NCBI GenBank assembly: GCA_030704615.1
Contig: CM060732.1
Location: 21,390,001-21,454,000 of the forward strand
Length of the DNA stretch: 64,000 nt
Direction of reading: 5' to 3'
From: Takakia lepidozioides
Lineage: Eukaryota > Plantae > Bryophyta
Position numbers and translations under genes: made by a program. Below are positions 36,680 through 48,700 of this stretch, in pieces (within the stretch, counting starts at the first letter, position 1; each line of letters begins with the position of its first letter). The notes beneath the pieces are model-generated. The model was not told where the DNA came from, did not search any database, and worked only from the letters and a program-made list of their open reading frames with translations.

Positions 36680-38120
36680 TGTGGATTTGATGTCATAATA
36701 TGTTGTTGTTTGGAGGGCAGGCAGGATTATTGGAGTGTGCCTGAGACACCTCTGAAAAAGATATAATTGGGCTGCTGCTGGCAGCCTCACCTTAATGACT
36801 GGCTACTGTTGCTGAGTCCACATCTTAAGAGCGGCATGAATAAAAGATCAAGGCAGTCTTGAGGGTAGTATAATAGATGACAATGATGAAGTTGTTGTTG
36901 ATGTAAATTTTACTACATCGTGAGTGGTGCAAATCTGGACAAAGCCCATCTGGTAGTAGCATCGGCATCTGAATTAGTACAGTGGATTAGATTGAATTTT
37001 AGGTACATTTCCTGAGTTGTTGGCAGTCACTGCAGTTCCTTGTAGGGACACTGACGCTAGTATAACAGGTCATGCAAATTCATTTCAAGCTTGCGGGTTT
37101 TCTTGGTGGCCATGGGTTTTGGTTTATGCTTTTTTGGTCATGCTTGTTTGGTTTCATAGCAGGAATAGTGAGCTTCTTCTGACATTTCACAAGTTTTGGA
37201 GAGAATTACCATACCCAGAAGTGTATATCAATGTTCTTCAACTACTGAATTGATAGGATCTTATTACCCCTTCAGTGTTTCCATGTCAACTTTCTAGACA
37301 TCGCAAGTTGTCCCAATCCATGAACAGAGTAAATAGCTGGAAGTTTGTGCACATGGAAAATAGTGGGCACCCATAAACCAGTTATAGTGATGGTAGGTCT
37401 CTGCAAACTTCTCTGGGGGTGTTTGGAGGTTGGAGACAGAATTTAGTATTCTGCTGTTACAATATTGTCTTCAGGATGCAGCTCAGCCACTTATACTCAA
37501 ACGTTATTGCAAGATTTTGAATATATAGCAGAGTCCTTTCATTGGACTGAAGGGCCATAGATCTAGTGGAAGGGAAGGTGAGAACTGAGAACTGAGAATG
37601 CAGTGTCTTTTATTCTGGCAAAAAGTCACCAGATTTTGACCAGGAAAATGGGTTAGCTCCTACAACAAGGTAAAAATCGAAAAATTCGCCAGTAGTTGAG
37701 TAGCTGAATATCAGAAGCCTTGATTGTTTTTTCCGCCTACGTGGACCTGTTAGAACGTGCCACCTGCATATATCCACTTTTCTAACACTTGCCACCTCGT
37801 TATTCTCGCCACATGTTTAAACATGTAGCCCCTCTGGCGATTCTGGAAAAATGGAAAGAAAAACACTGATCCAATTTGAGAGGGTCACTCATCTATTTAG
37901 TCACGGTTAACTAAAATAGTCTTTCATTATTTATAGTTAAAGTTATTTGTAGAGAGAAGACTACGTCGACGTAAAAACCTAGCTAGTGTAGTTTTGGTGC
38001 GCTTTTAATAGCATAACATCCCGCTTGTCCTGTTATGCCGTGGAGCCCAGGGGCTGGGCCCGTAATCTCAAATTACGGGCAGAAAGGCAAGTAGTTTTCT
38101 TTTAACACACGGTCATAAAT

Positions 38121-38240
38121 GCGGTTTTTACGTGAGCTAAAGTCCTGTAACCCGGGCTTTAGGGGATTCAAGATTCCCACGCCCTCTGGGCTGTGGAACC
38201 TTGAATCCCGTAAAGCCCTCGTTGCAATACGTAAAAACGC
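38121..38240. repeat. About 120-bp imperfect hairpin (MITE-like or structured RNA)
   Basis: Nested arms tttttacgt/acgtaaaaa, gggcttta/taaagccc, gggattcaag/cttgaatccc, gccc/gggc around a tct loop. Confidence 0.8.
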
Positions 38241-39141
38241 AAAAAATTAGGGGTTTAGGTTTTTTCCCTTTGGATTTTGGGGGACCTTATCTGGCCCAAT
38301 GTCAGGCCAACAGCGGGCGGGGGATCTTCCGCGTAAGGTCCCACCCTTCATCTTTTCTGGTTTAATTTCCTTTCTTTTATTTTAGTTCTAACTTCTAAGA
38401 ATCTCAGCCATCCACCTCGGGAAATTTGAACCCTGTGTCTTTACGCAGCCAAAGTCCGCCCACCTTGGTGTTCGAGTCCTACGGCCGTACGCCCTCGGAC
38501 TACTCCCCTCACACTGCGGTAGGCCCTCCGAGGGGGGACTTCCCCTGTACATAAAAGATTTGGGCTAACTATTCCTTCATTGCTTAGAGGTTGATTATTT
38601 CACGGAATTGCTCTTTATGATTCTAGTGACCCATTCCGAATCTGGAATATGACAGTGAAATAGGTCACTACAACTTAGCCCTAATCTTTTATGCAAGGGA
38701 ACGGGATTTCTAGTGATTATTACAGCGGGTTCGATGCCTGCTCATCTGACGCTCGGCATCTTACCTGACGCTCGGCCTACCGGCCTCATGTCAGGTTCGC
38801 CAGCATCTTACCTGCTGTAATAGCCGTTCCCTATTACGTAAAGAAGGGGCCCGCCATGAGGCGGTAGCGGAGTGCGCCCCAGTTTCAGGAAGGCCCCCGT
38901 CCGAGGGCCTTACCCGGCGAAAAGAAAGAGGGCTCAAATTTCTTTACGAACAGACGGTTTGGATTAATTTTCATCTACGGCCACGATTGAGGTTTCAGCG
39001 TACAATGCATTCGCTTAACACGGTTTTTGCGCTACACAAAGACAAATGCTTCTACACTGTTGTGGTTCTATCAGACAAGAATATAATGCCTGGATATACG
39101 TGCTGGGGTACATTTTGTTGTTGTCACGTTTTGCATGTATC

Positions 39142-40151
39142 CTACCAGAATTTCATAGCGGGGGGGGGGGGGGGTTCAACATAATGTACCAAATCTGTTG
39201 TTGAATTGGTCGCATGTGATGCCAACGCGGCGTCCGCTTCCTCAAACTCCACTTGGTGCTTGTGCAACTCCCTATCGTCGAATGAATTCCCTTCGTTGGA
39301 AACTTCTTCAATGGACATTGTCTCATGCACCCCAGATGATGAGGGTAGCAACTCCATCCGTGTCCCGGAACTGGCTGCAGCTCCCATGTCTAAAGTCTGA
39401 GAGCATTGCGTTGCCTCTGAAATATTGGTGCTGCAAGGGTCACCGCAAGCATGCACCACCACATCCCGTGGAGGTGTACTAAAGTCGTCGTCCCCTGCGG
39501 ACTCGGAGGATGTTATCCGTGGCTCAAAAGGAATGGCAAGCGTCATCCTGAACCGAGCCGCGCATACCGAGCTGTACACATCAATGGTTCGTGCATCCAA
39601 GCAATCCTGCGGGTTGGGGATGTACAGTATGGGAGGCCACTCTTTCACCCTTCGTGGCACATCCCTGCATATTCCCGAGGGCCGGCAGAGGAATGGATTC
39701 TTCCAATTCACCCAGCCATGTATATCCTGTAATTCAACAATTGGAGCTTGGTAAGCTACGTGCTGCCATATACAAAACTCACCAAGTTTTTTGCATGGTT
39801 TCGAAACAAGTAAGACTACTTCTCACCAATGTAATATAAGGCAGGTAATGCCAATGACTCACCCTGTTCCCTTTCGGCACCACGCGATAAAACAATCCAC
39901 CAATGTCGGCAAGAGCTGGCATGTGAAACATTGCGGCTGCTTCCTCGGCAATTGCTCGTTGGCCGGTCCCTCTTCAAATGGGCGCAATGTGTGTACGTCA
40001 CCCCATCGCATATTCCCATCCAGGTACACTGCCATATTAATTACATATCTAGTTACACACCCCATTTCGCATTCAAAGGCTGCGTCCTATGGAACACAAT
40101 GCCAAATTGTGCCAATAACTCTTTGAACATTTCCTGCTGGAGCTGCTTATA
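39142..40151 (-). pseudogene. Decayed multi-exon gene of unknown family
   Basis: 189-aa protein-like terminal ORF (WKNPFLCRPSG...EWPPILYIPNP...) plus upstream fragments with splice-like signals (ccttag| near 40152, AGG|gtgagt near 39862) and scattered stops. No recognisable domain. Confidence 0.35.
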
Positions 40152-40949
40152 CTAAGGAGACGAACAGTACTGGGTTAGCATGCGCCTATACCATTGGAGG
40201 CTGCTTGTTATCCTCACAACACTATCATTACTCGTGCAACCAAGACTGTTACAATTGTTAACTAAACAGACTTCAAATTGTGTGGTGGCTGGTAGCATTC
40301 ATATGTGTGAGCAGTCAATGGATATGTTGAATGTGTTAAAATTGCATTTGCTGGAGAGATCGTATCTTGGGAGAACAGAAAGAGGAGATGAGAGACTGCC
40401 TCATCTACAAGGGGAGAATATAATTGAGATAGAATGTGGTAGTCCATGATGTCTATTAAGACACAACCATGACTAATTGGGCCAATTGCTCTCTTGCCAT
40501 ACCATTTGGGCTCAGTTGTGGGCTGATGCATCTCCAGGCAGCTTAGAGGTAGTTTCCAGAACAACTGCAACATACTGTTCAACCATTTCTTCCTAGTAAT
40601 ACCATAAGTATGACTGTAGCTTTTACCCACAAAATGGTCGGATCCTGCTGCAGCTGCTGTTGTTCCTTCTCCTGCTGGTCATCGTCCTCCTGCTGTCTCC
40701 CTACGCCTCTCCTGATAGTCGAACGATTAGCACACCATATTCCAACAACCCAGCTGATACCTCTGTTTAGGTATACACGCATACACCCAGATCCCACGCG
40801 ATACCTTGGCACAGGTATGAAAGTGGCGCTAGCTGCTTGTTGGGTCTCCTTGGCGGCTCACAATTACGAGCAATGACTGCCCATAGAATATCGAGCTCCA
40901 TGCACGTGGATGTAGAACTAGCCAATAAAATATCAGAATTATGGGCCCA

Positions 40950-41426
40950 TAATTTTGTTTTCGTTTTGTTTTTACAAAAACAGGGGGAATAATCCCCACT
41001 TTGATAAACATCAAATATTACAAATTATTCCCAAATGCAGCATATGGGACAGCCTTGCAGACTCCCAGAAGGCCCACCTTTTAACACAGTGGACAAGCTC
41101 TCCCGAGTCACGGTTAAAGTTACCAAACAACGGCTGCGTGAGGACTTCCTCAAAAGAAGAAGGCTTTGATTTGGTCCCAGCTCACAAGTGCCCTCTGGTT
41201 AGCAGAAGCTATGATCGTAGCACCCCAGATGAAGTTTCTGAAAATAGATTTGATTTTCTTGATGATGAGGAGCTGGAGACCTGACAGAAGCAGTGAACCA
41301 AGTTGAAGCCAATAGTACTTGGTTCACCACAAGGGCTCTGCCCACAATAGACAGATGAAGTGAACTCTAGTACGAGAGTTTCCTTTTCAGCTTGGATAGC
41401 ACAAGCAAACAGGCAAACCTGTTGTC
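40950..41426 (-). mobile_element. 5'-truncated, internally deleted L1-type LINE fragment related to the 3430-11773 element
   Basis: Minus strand reads KLKRKLSY*SSLHLSIVGRALVVNQVLLASTWF and KSIFRNFIWG...RALVSWDQI, versus RLKKQMTYWGSRFLSITVRALTVNQIL...RIVRNFIWG...QVSWHQI in the long LINE. Ends in a ggggattattcccc stem-loop and an A-rich tail. Confidence 0.8.
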
Positions 41427-42292
41427 ATCACTTATAGGGCGTAGACACGAGGTGAATGGGAGACGACCATTGGTAGAGATGAAACCGGCCACTATCACAC
41501 GGGAGGAAGCAGGTTCTAAAGGAAGCTGATGTGTCTAATGACGTGGAAGGTTTTGGAAGCCGCAAGACTTCCAGGCACTTCCGGCTGGAAGTGTCGTGCA
41601 CCTCTGAAAGGTTGTGTCGTGACGTGAAATGCAGGGCCCACCATCGTCTTCCTTCTTCCCGAACTTCTTTCACGCGCTCTTCACTACGGAGATCTACACC
41701 GTCGATGGTTTTCACAAAATCAGGAAAATCCACGATTGATCAGTCTATCAACTTCCACTCTTGTGTTTGCTGCAACATCCACCCTTGCCTATGTGTCACT
41801 TTTCATTGGAAAAGTGGGTGGAAGAAAGGGTGTTAACGCCTCTTCCACTGCCGCTCGTGAGAAAAGGGCCTTAGATCAAGTCCAATTTGGTGCATTGGAT
41901 TATCGAATTATCTAGATGTAGTCTATATTTTCTATTTAAGAAAAATATTCTATTCATTTCCAAAATAATTCTAAGTCCTAGATTGCTCCCCTGCTCTCCT
42001 CCTCGCTCTCCTGTTCCCACCGGTTCTTGCTCCCCTCCCCTTCAGCAGGGTTATATGTGCAGGAGTGAGGATAGAAGTAAGAGACCAGAGATTGGGAACT
42101 GAGGAATGAGGATGGGAGTAGGGGACCGAGGCTCTGGGAACAGTGGAACGAAGAGCAGAGCAGGCACTGGGCTGGGAGTAAGGGAGCTCGGAGCCGTCCG
42201 TCATGGCCTCAATTTGCTCCCAACACCAAGAATATTAAATATGGCTTTAACCAAAAATAGCTGAAGTTTAAAAAAAAGAAAAAAGAAAAAGA

Positions 42293-42503
42293 AAACCTGG
42301 GAGCGACAACAGAGTCAGGCCCTTGAGGACGGGGAAAAATTAACCCCCTTTCATTTATGGGCCATGAGACCTAGAGGGCGATCAAATACCGTCACAAACA
42401 ATCCCACACATGGGGTAGGTTAGCGGGTTTGAACGTTCGAACCCGAACCACCAGGGCGACACACATTGTGCACTTACCAGCTGAGCACACTTACCAGCTG
42501 AGC
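42293..42503 (-). mobile_element. tRNA-derived SINE, copy 2
   Basis: Colinear with 12110-12315 (aaacctgggagcgaca, ggggaaaaattaacccc, catttatgggccatgag, aacaatcccacac, gcgggtttgaac, gaaccaccagggcgacacac). The head segment cacttaccagctgag is duplicated. Confidence 0.85.
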
Positions 42504-44055
42504 AGAAACAGGGGACAGAGGGCCCGATGAAATTTTATTTGGACTATTCTAGTTAACCTCAAAAAATAGCATTAACCAGAAATATCGTAAAGAACTGGCT
42601 CAAATTTCTTAGTGTATGTGGAGGGTACCTTACGGGGCTTAAGGTGCCATCCTCTCGACCTTACGCTTAAAGTTCCTCCTCTCGAGGCAACTTACGCTCC
42701 GTGGTTTGGTTTTGGTACAGGATGAGATGGTGTCAACCGGCAACCGAGCTCGGTTTTGGCATGCATTTAAAGAAGCCTAGGTACGCATGCACAAGATCGA
42801 GAATGAGGAAGTGGTGGAGGCGTTCAAGTTGCTTGTGAAACGGAGGGTGCAAAACCGGGGTGTGAGCGATCCATCGATTTTGCCATGGATACTGTTGCAT
42901 CCGTCTATGAGTCTCTTTTTAGAGGTAGAAGTGTTGCAAGCGTTTGCAGCACAAGCCCATCATGACTGGAAGCAGTGGGATCAGATCGAGGGCGTACTAG
43001 GAGAAGAAGCACGAGTGATGGAGTTGGCATTGCCAACGGTCATGGATTTGATCACCGGAACACCAGTTGAGGATGTCTTCCCCGAAGACACTTTGCATGG
43101 GGTGGTAGAGCGGTTATCAGGGTGGCTGGACGCACAACTCCACGAAGGTCATGATGCTGAGGAGGTTGCATTTTTGACAAAGTACCGACGCCAGAAAGAA
43201 GCTTGGTCCAATCTTCAGATATGTCATTTCCGCACCGTAGTGCTGAGGAAGTATCGACAGACCATTTCTCAACTATCACCTCTTACGTTGAAGGTAAAAC
43301 CAAACTCCAAATGTCTAAGGCTCATTACCTTCATTGTTGCGACCAAGTTGTCAATCGATCCTCCATAGTGTAGCATGTGATACAATCATATGCGTGAGCT
43401 GCTCGCTTATCTTGCTCTCAGTACGAGTCTCATATGCATATTACAGGTTTCGAAGGGGAGCGAAATGCGAGATCTGCAACGACAATTCCTGGCTGACAAG
43501 TCATCCTCATCGCCATTTACTTCACTTCGAATAGAGTATATGCTGGGAGGAGATGAATTTACTCTTGTGGAGGATGGAACAGTGGATTTAGGAGGTCCAC
43601 TACGACAAGCCCTCTCAGAGGCGTGGATGCAATTTTTCAATGATCCGGGGGTACGTGTCTCCTGAACTTGTCATCTGAATGCATGCTTGTACACACATCC
43701 TTTCGAGGCTTAGGTTCTGACTCAGCAGTGCATGTGTTGTCCACTAAAACACCGAATGATGCATGCAGCTATGTGGAGAGGTGTTTGTATATATGCCCGA
43801 TAGCAGCATGCTGAAGTTGAAGCTGTGTCCACGAGCGTTTGTGGAGGTGAAGAGAGGCACCTTCCAGTTTTTCGGACATTTGTTGTTCTTGATGGCGCTA
43901 TATGGAGTCAAGGTTGTCGGTTTGATGTCATTGTCCACTCTAGCTTATGCATGTGGCAAGTTGCCTAGCAATGCAACGGATCCCAAGATTAACATGTGGA
44001 TGGAGGACTACTCCAAACTCTTTCCTACACAATGGTCGGCAATGCAGGCATGCAT

Positions 44056-44789
44056 TGTCGTGTACCTCACTTCAGTAAGCTCCCCTTACAGTCATAGTTA
44101 CTCGCTTTGATGCGCGCGCCTAACTCCCAAACTGGCCGTCGGGCCAACTCAGAGCTTCGGCTGCTCACCGGGACATAACGTCCCCCTTTGCTCCTCCACA
44201 AGACCCTCTCTCAATTTGGGCCTAGTGGAAATTCCCTTTGGTTGTTGGCAGTCCGGAACAGCTCCCCACACCTTGGTCGTTTTCCGGCTCGCACGCTTAC
44301 TCACTAGTTTTTGGTCACCAACGGGCTTGCACCGTTCTCAGGGTTACTACTCCCTATATATACTTCTGTGACTGTCCGCGGGGGTTTCACAAACAACCCA
44401 GTCATTTTATGGCGAACCACCATGAAACCCCTCGATTCCCGGTGATGAGTCGCGGTGAGTCTTGGCCCACCCACCACGGCCCATGGACTATGTCTTGGAC
44501 TATGATGAGTCCCAAAACTCCCCACGACTCCCACCACAAGGTTTCCGCCCCATGGTGAGTCCTATGTCACCCCCACTAAGACTCACTAAGCTACCACCAC
44601 CCTTCGTGGAACCACCCCCACCGCAACCCGGTGTGCGGGGCTCCACCTAGTGAGCGCCTCCGCCTCCTTGAGTGCCTTGGGCACTCAAGGGTGCTTTAGC
44701 CCCCGTACCTATTGTTGCCACTGCCCCCACCACAAGGGCAGCCCCTCTCGTGTCCCGACCCCCTGCCCTCAAGGCAAAGGGCCGCGACA
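44056..44789 (-). repeat. 3' LTR (734 bp)
   Basis: tgtcgtgtacctcactt...ggccgcgaca, highly similar to 50541-51260. Confidence 0.95.
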
Positions 44790-44791
44790 CA

Positions 44792-44818
44792 CCCCCCCCC
44801 CCCCCCCCCCCCCCCCCC
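44792..44818 (-). other. Polypurine tract (G27 on the element strand)
   Basis: 27-C run on the plus strand immediately internal to the 3' LTR. Confidence 0.8.
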
Positions 44819-45717
44819 ACCAATAGGGAGTCGATGTCCTCATCGACTTGTCCATTTTGTAGAAACTAACATCCAAGTTGCGGCGTCCCGCATCAAGGAG
44901 TTTGTTTCCGTACCATGGCGTCCCATGGCAAAGAACCAAACCCCACACTTGACTCTACTCTCCACTAGCTAGTTTGGCCGACTTCCTCCAAGTACTCCTG
45001 GCCAAGGGTAGAGCCTCTCAAGCTTCACCCAATTCACTCTTCTTGGCCCACTTCAAGGCCAAGGAACGATCATCCCCGAGGATCGAATCGCCTTACTGCA
45101 ACAATATTGTTTGCGACCACTCATGATGCCGCTTTTGGCATCACCTTGAGCAAAGGTTCACCTTGAACCCTTTTTGACTAGGAAGATAACCTTGAACCAA
45201 CCGCGCGCCCCAATCACTACAATTGGGTCCGCCTTGGAATGCTGGCCTGAGGTACAGGAACACGCCAAAGCCGCACTATGACTTCGTCCCGAGGTTACAC
45301 GATTATAGTACGTGAACGGAATCACGTAGCTTCCGCGTTAATCCACACTACAAGACAACCCCCTTGGTAGCGCAGTTACAGTACGCGCACGCGCCAGGTG
45401 CGCACTAGCACGTGAACTCCCAAATAAGGTGCAAGTTTTCTTGTTCCTTGGATGGGAGTCACCCGATTTCGACACTGCGCAAACACACGATTAATCCAAT
45501 TTACCTCTCTTACTTTTGTAAGCTAGCATGCATTCTACATACTAGCCAACCATACCATGCATCACCATTCCAAACAAAATAGGAAGCACGACATTTGGAA
45601 ACCATTTCATTTATAACAAAATTTGTACAACACAAGTTTTTGCAATCGGATTCATGAGCTAACTAAGCCGGGCTAAGCATGCATTTCCTCCCCCACGATC
45701 CAAGGTTGATGTCCCCA

Positions 45718-48700
45718 TCAACGCTTCTTCCGCTTTTGAGGTCGCCCTTCGAAAGCTGCAACCACCTTGGATGCTTTTCCCATTTCTGAGGCACGCACCC
45801 AAGTTACCTCCACTTGATGATAGCCCTTTCATTTCACGAGTTACTCCGTTTCTCGATTTTTGAACCTCCTCGACTTAAGCACTGTCTCCACCTCGTACTC
45901 AGGTTCATTTTCATGATCCAACAGCACAGGTGGCGGACGCAATACTTGATGCCGATTCAGAGGTGCTTCATCTTTGAAGTAAAGCTTCAAAAGGGAGACG
46001 TGGAATACCGGATGCACCTTGCTGTTTGCCGGCAGCTCCAATTCATATACATCCTCATTCATAACCTTCCGGATGCGAAAGGGTCCCGCATACGGAGGTA
46101 CGAACTTCGGACTCACTTCCGGAGGTAGTCGGAAATTCTTGATGTTCAACCAGACCTTCGCGCCTGCCTCAAACTTAACTTCCCTCCGCTTCCGATTCAC
46201 CTACCGTTCATACCGTTTCCTAGCTTTGGCAATGTTGTACTTTGCGAGCTCCAATAAACGCTCGCGTTCTTCCAGCACTGTCGCTGCTGTCGGTTCCTCA
46301 ACGTCCTGGGCGGCCCAACTTGTCGGCACCAGAGGTGCTTTTCCATAGACCAATACAAAAGGGGAAACTCCCGTTGCGGAGTGTTTTGTGTTATTATAAC
46401 AGAACTCTGCCACATCCAAGTGCTCCACCCAGTCTGATTGGTCTGCCGACACATAATTCCGCAAGATCTGCTTCACCACGGAATTCACTCTTTCCGTTTA
46501 GCCATCCGTCGTAGGTCGGAAGGCGGTGCTCATCTTGGGCCTCGTCCCCATTTTCTTCCACAGTGCTCTCCAAAATTTACTTGTAAACTTTGGATCGCGG
46601 TCGGAGACAATATCCTTCGGGAGTCAATGATGCTTGAAGACGTAGGCGAAGTAAAGTTATCCGGTCTCCTGTGTCGTTGCCATCTCTTTGGTGGGAATGA
46701 AATGACCCATTTTACTGAACCTATCCACCACCACCATGATCGCATCAAATCATTTTGACAGCGGCATAGCAGTCATGAAATCCATCGAGACAGTTTTCCA
46801 AGATCCCTCTGGAATCGGCAAGGGTTGTAACAGCCCCGCTTGCTTTTTATACTCGCTCCGGTTTTGTTGGCATGCAGTGCATGTCTTGACATACTCCTCG
46901 ACCTCCTCCCTTAGTTTGGGCCATAAATACTCTTTCTTCAAGAGTGTCGCGGTGCGCTTGGCTCCGCAGTGGCTCGCAAGCGGGCCATCGTGGCATTCTC
47001 TCAAGAGATTATCTCTGATCCCTCCCTTCGGCACATAGAGGCGCTTTTGCTTATACCGGAGCAGTCCATTGTGCAAGTAGAACTGTGATTTAACTCCCAT
47101 CCTCAAGTCCCGCATCACGGACTTCGCCATCTCATCCTTCCGGTAAGCCTTCCAGATCTTCCTTTGGAGCGCCATCTCGCCCTTGTAAACCAACATGAGC
47201 TGCTGCTTTCTACTTAAAGCATCGGCCACCACATTGTCCCGTCCCGGTTTGTACTGGATATCCACGTCGAACACTACCAAAGTGTCTTGCCACCTAAGTT
47301 GTTTTGGGGACAACTTAGGCTGCGTGGCAAAATACTTCACCGTGACATTGTCCGTGAACACCTTCACCGGGTTGGAACCCACATAGTGGCGCCAAAGCTC
47401 AAGGCAATGCACCACCGCCTTCATTTCTTTCTCGTGCGTAGGCCACCGTCGTTCCACTTCATTCAATTTCTTACTTTTGTAAGCCACTGGACGTCCATCC
47501 TGCATGAGCACACCCCCAATTGCGAAGTCCGATGCATCTGTATGAATTTCAAATGGACAGTCGAACTCCGGGATTTTCGGGACTGGCTTTCGCCATCCGC
47601 TGCTTCAACTCGGCAAAAGCTTGGCCATAAAAGGTGTTCCATACCCATACCTTGGATTTACACAAAAGGTCTGACAGCGGCCCCGCGATCTTGGCGAAAT
47701 TTCTCACATACTTTTGGTAATAGGAGGCGAGTCCTAGGAAGGATCACACTCCCGGGACCGAAGTCGGAGGCTCCCAGTCCAAGATTGCCCTCACCTTTCT
47801 GTCATCCATTTTGATCCCATCCTGTGTAATCACATGCCCTAGGAACTCCACTTTTGTGATCCCGAATTCGCACTTTGAAGCTTTGGCATACAGCTTTCCT
47901 TCCCACAATTTCTGGAACACCCTTTTGAGGTGCTCCAGGCGCTCTTCGGTTGTTTTCGAGTACACCAAGATGTCGTCTATGTACACGATCACAAAGTCAT
48001 CCAACCACTCCTGGAAAAACTGTTCATTGGCGTGCTAAAGGTCGCGGGTGCGTTGGTGAGCCCAAAATGCATCACCAAGAACTCATATGAACCATATCTT
48101 ATCATGCACGCGGTCTTCTCCTCATCTCCTTCCGCCATTCGGATTTGATGGTAACCTGAACGCAAATCGATCCGGCTGAAATACTTTGCTCCTGCCAACC
48201 GATCGAAGAGGTCGTCGATCCTTGGCAAAGGATACCGGTTTTTGATAGTCACCTTATTCAGAGCCCTGTAATCGACACACATCCGCAACGTCCCATCCTT
48301 CTTGTCTGCGAATAGCACCGGGGCTCCGTAAGGTGACTTACTCGGCCGGATGTACCCTTTTGACATTAGATCCTTGAGCTGGGCCTTCAGCTCAACCAAC
48401 TCTCTATGGCTCAACCGGTTGGGCACCTTGGCAGGCGGCTCCGATCCCGATATCACCTCTATCTTGTGGTCAACTCCTCTTCGCGGTGGCAAGCCGCTTG
48501 GCAAGTCCTCCGGCATCACATCCTGGTATTTCTCCAAGATCCCCTTGATCCAATCTGGGCTCGGCTCCCTATCGACTTCTCCTTCCACTTGTCTTACGTA
48601 AAGCAAAAACTGGGGCTCGTGTGGTTCCTCCACGGCCCACTCCTTTGCTGACAGGGCAGAAGCATGCTACAGTGGCTCACTTTTGTCCAGTCTACTCTAA

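Noticed and set aside
37962-37987. Helitron 3' end (tacgtcgacgta...CTAG|T)
   Set aside because: The palindrome is short, and no 5' TC end or Rep/helicase sequence was identified.
38624-38670. 5S rRNA fragment (gacccattccgaa)
   Set aside because: The match is only about 13 nt and the flanks form a local hairpin rather than 5S helices.
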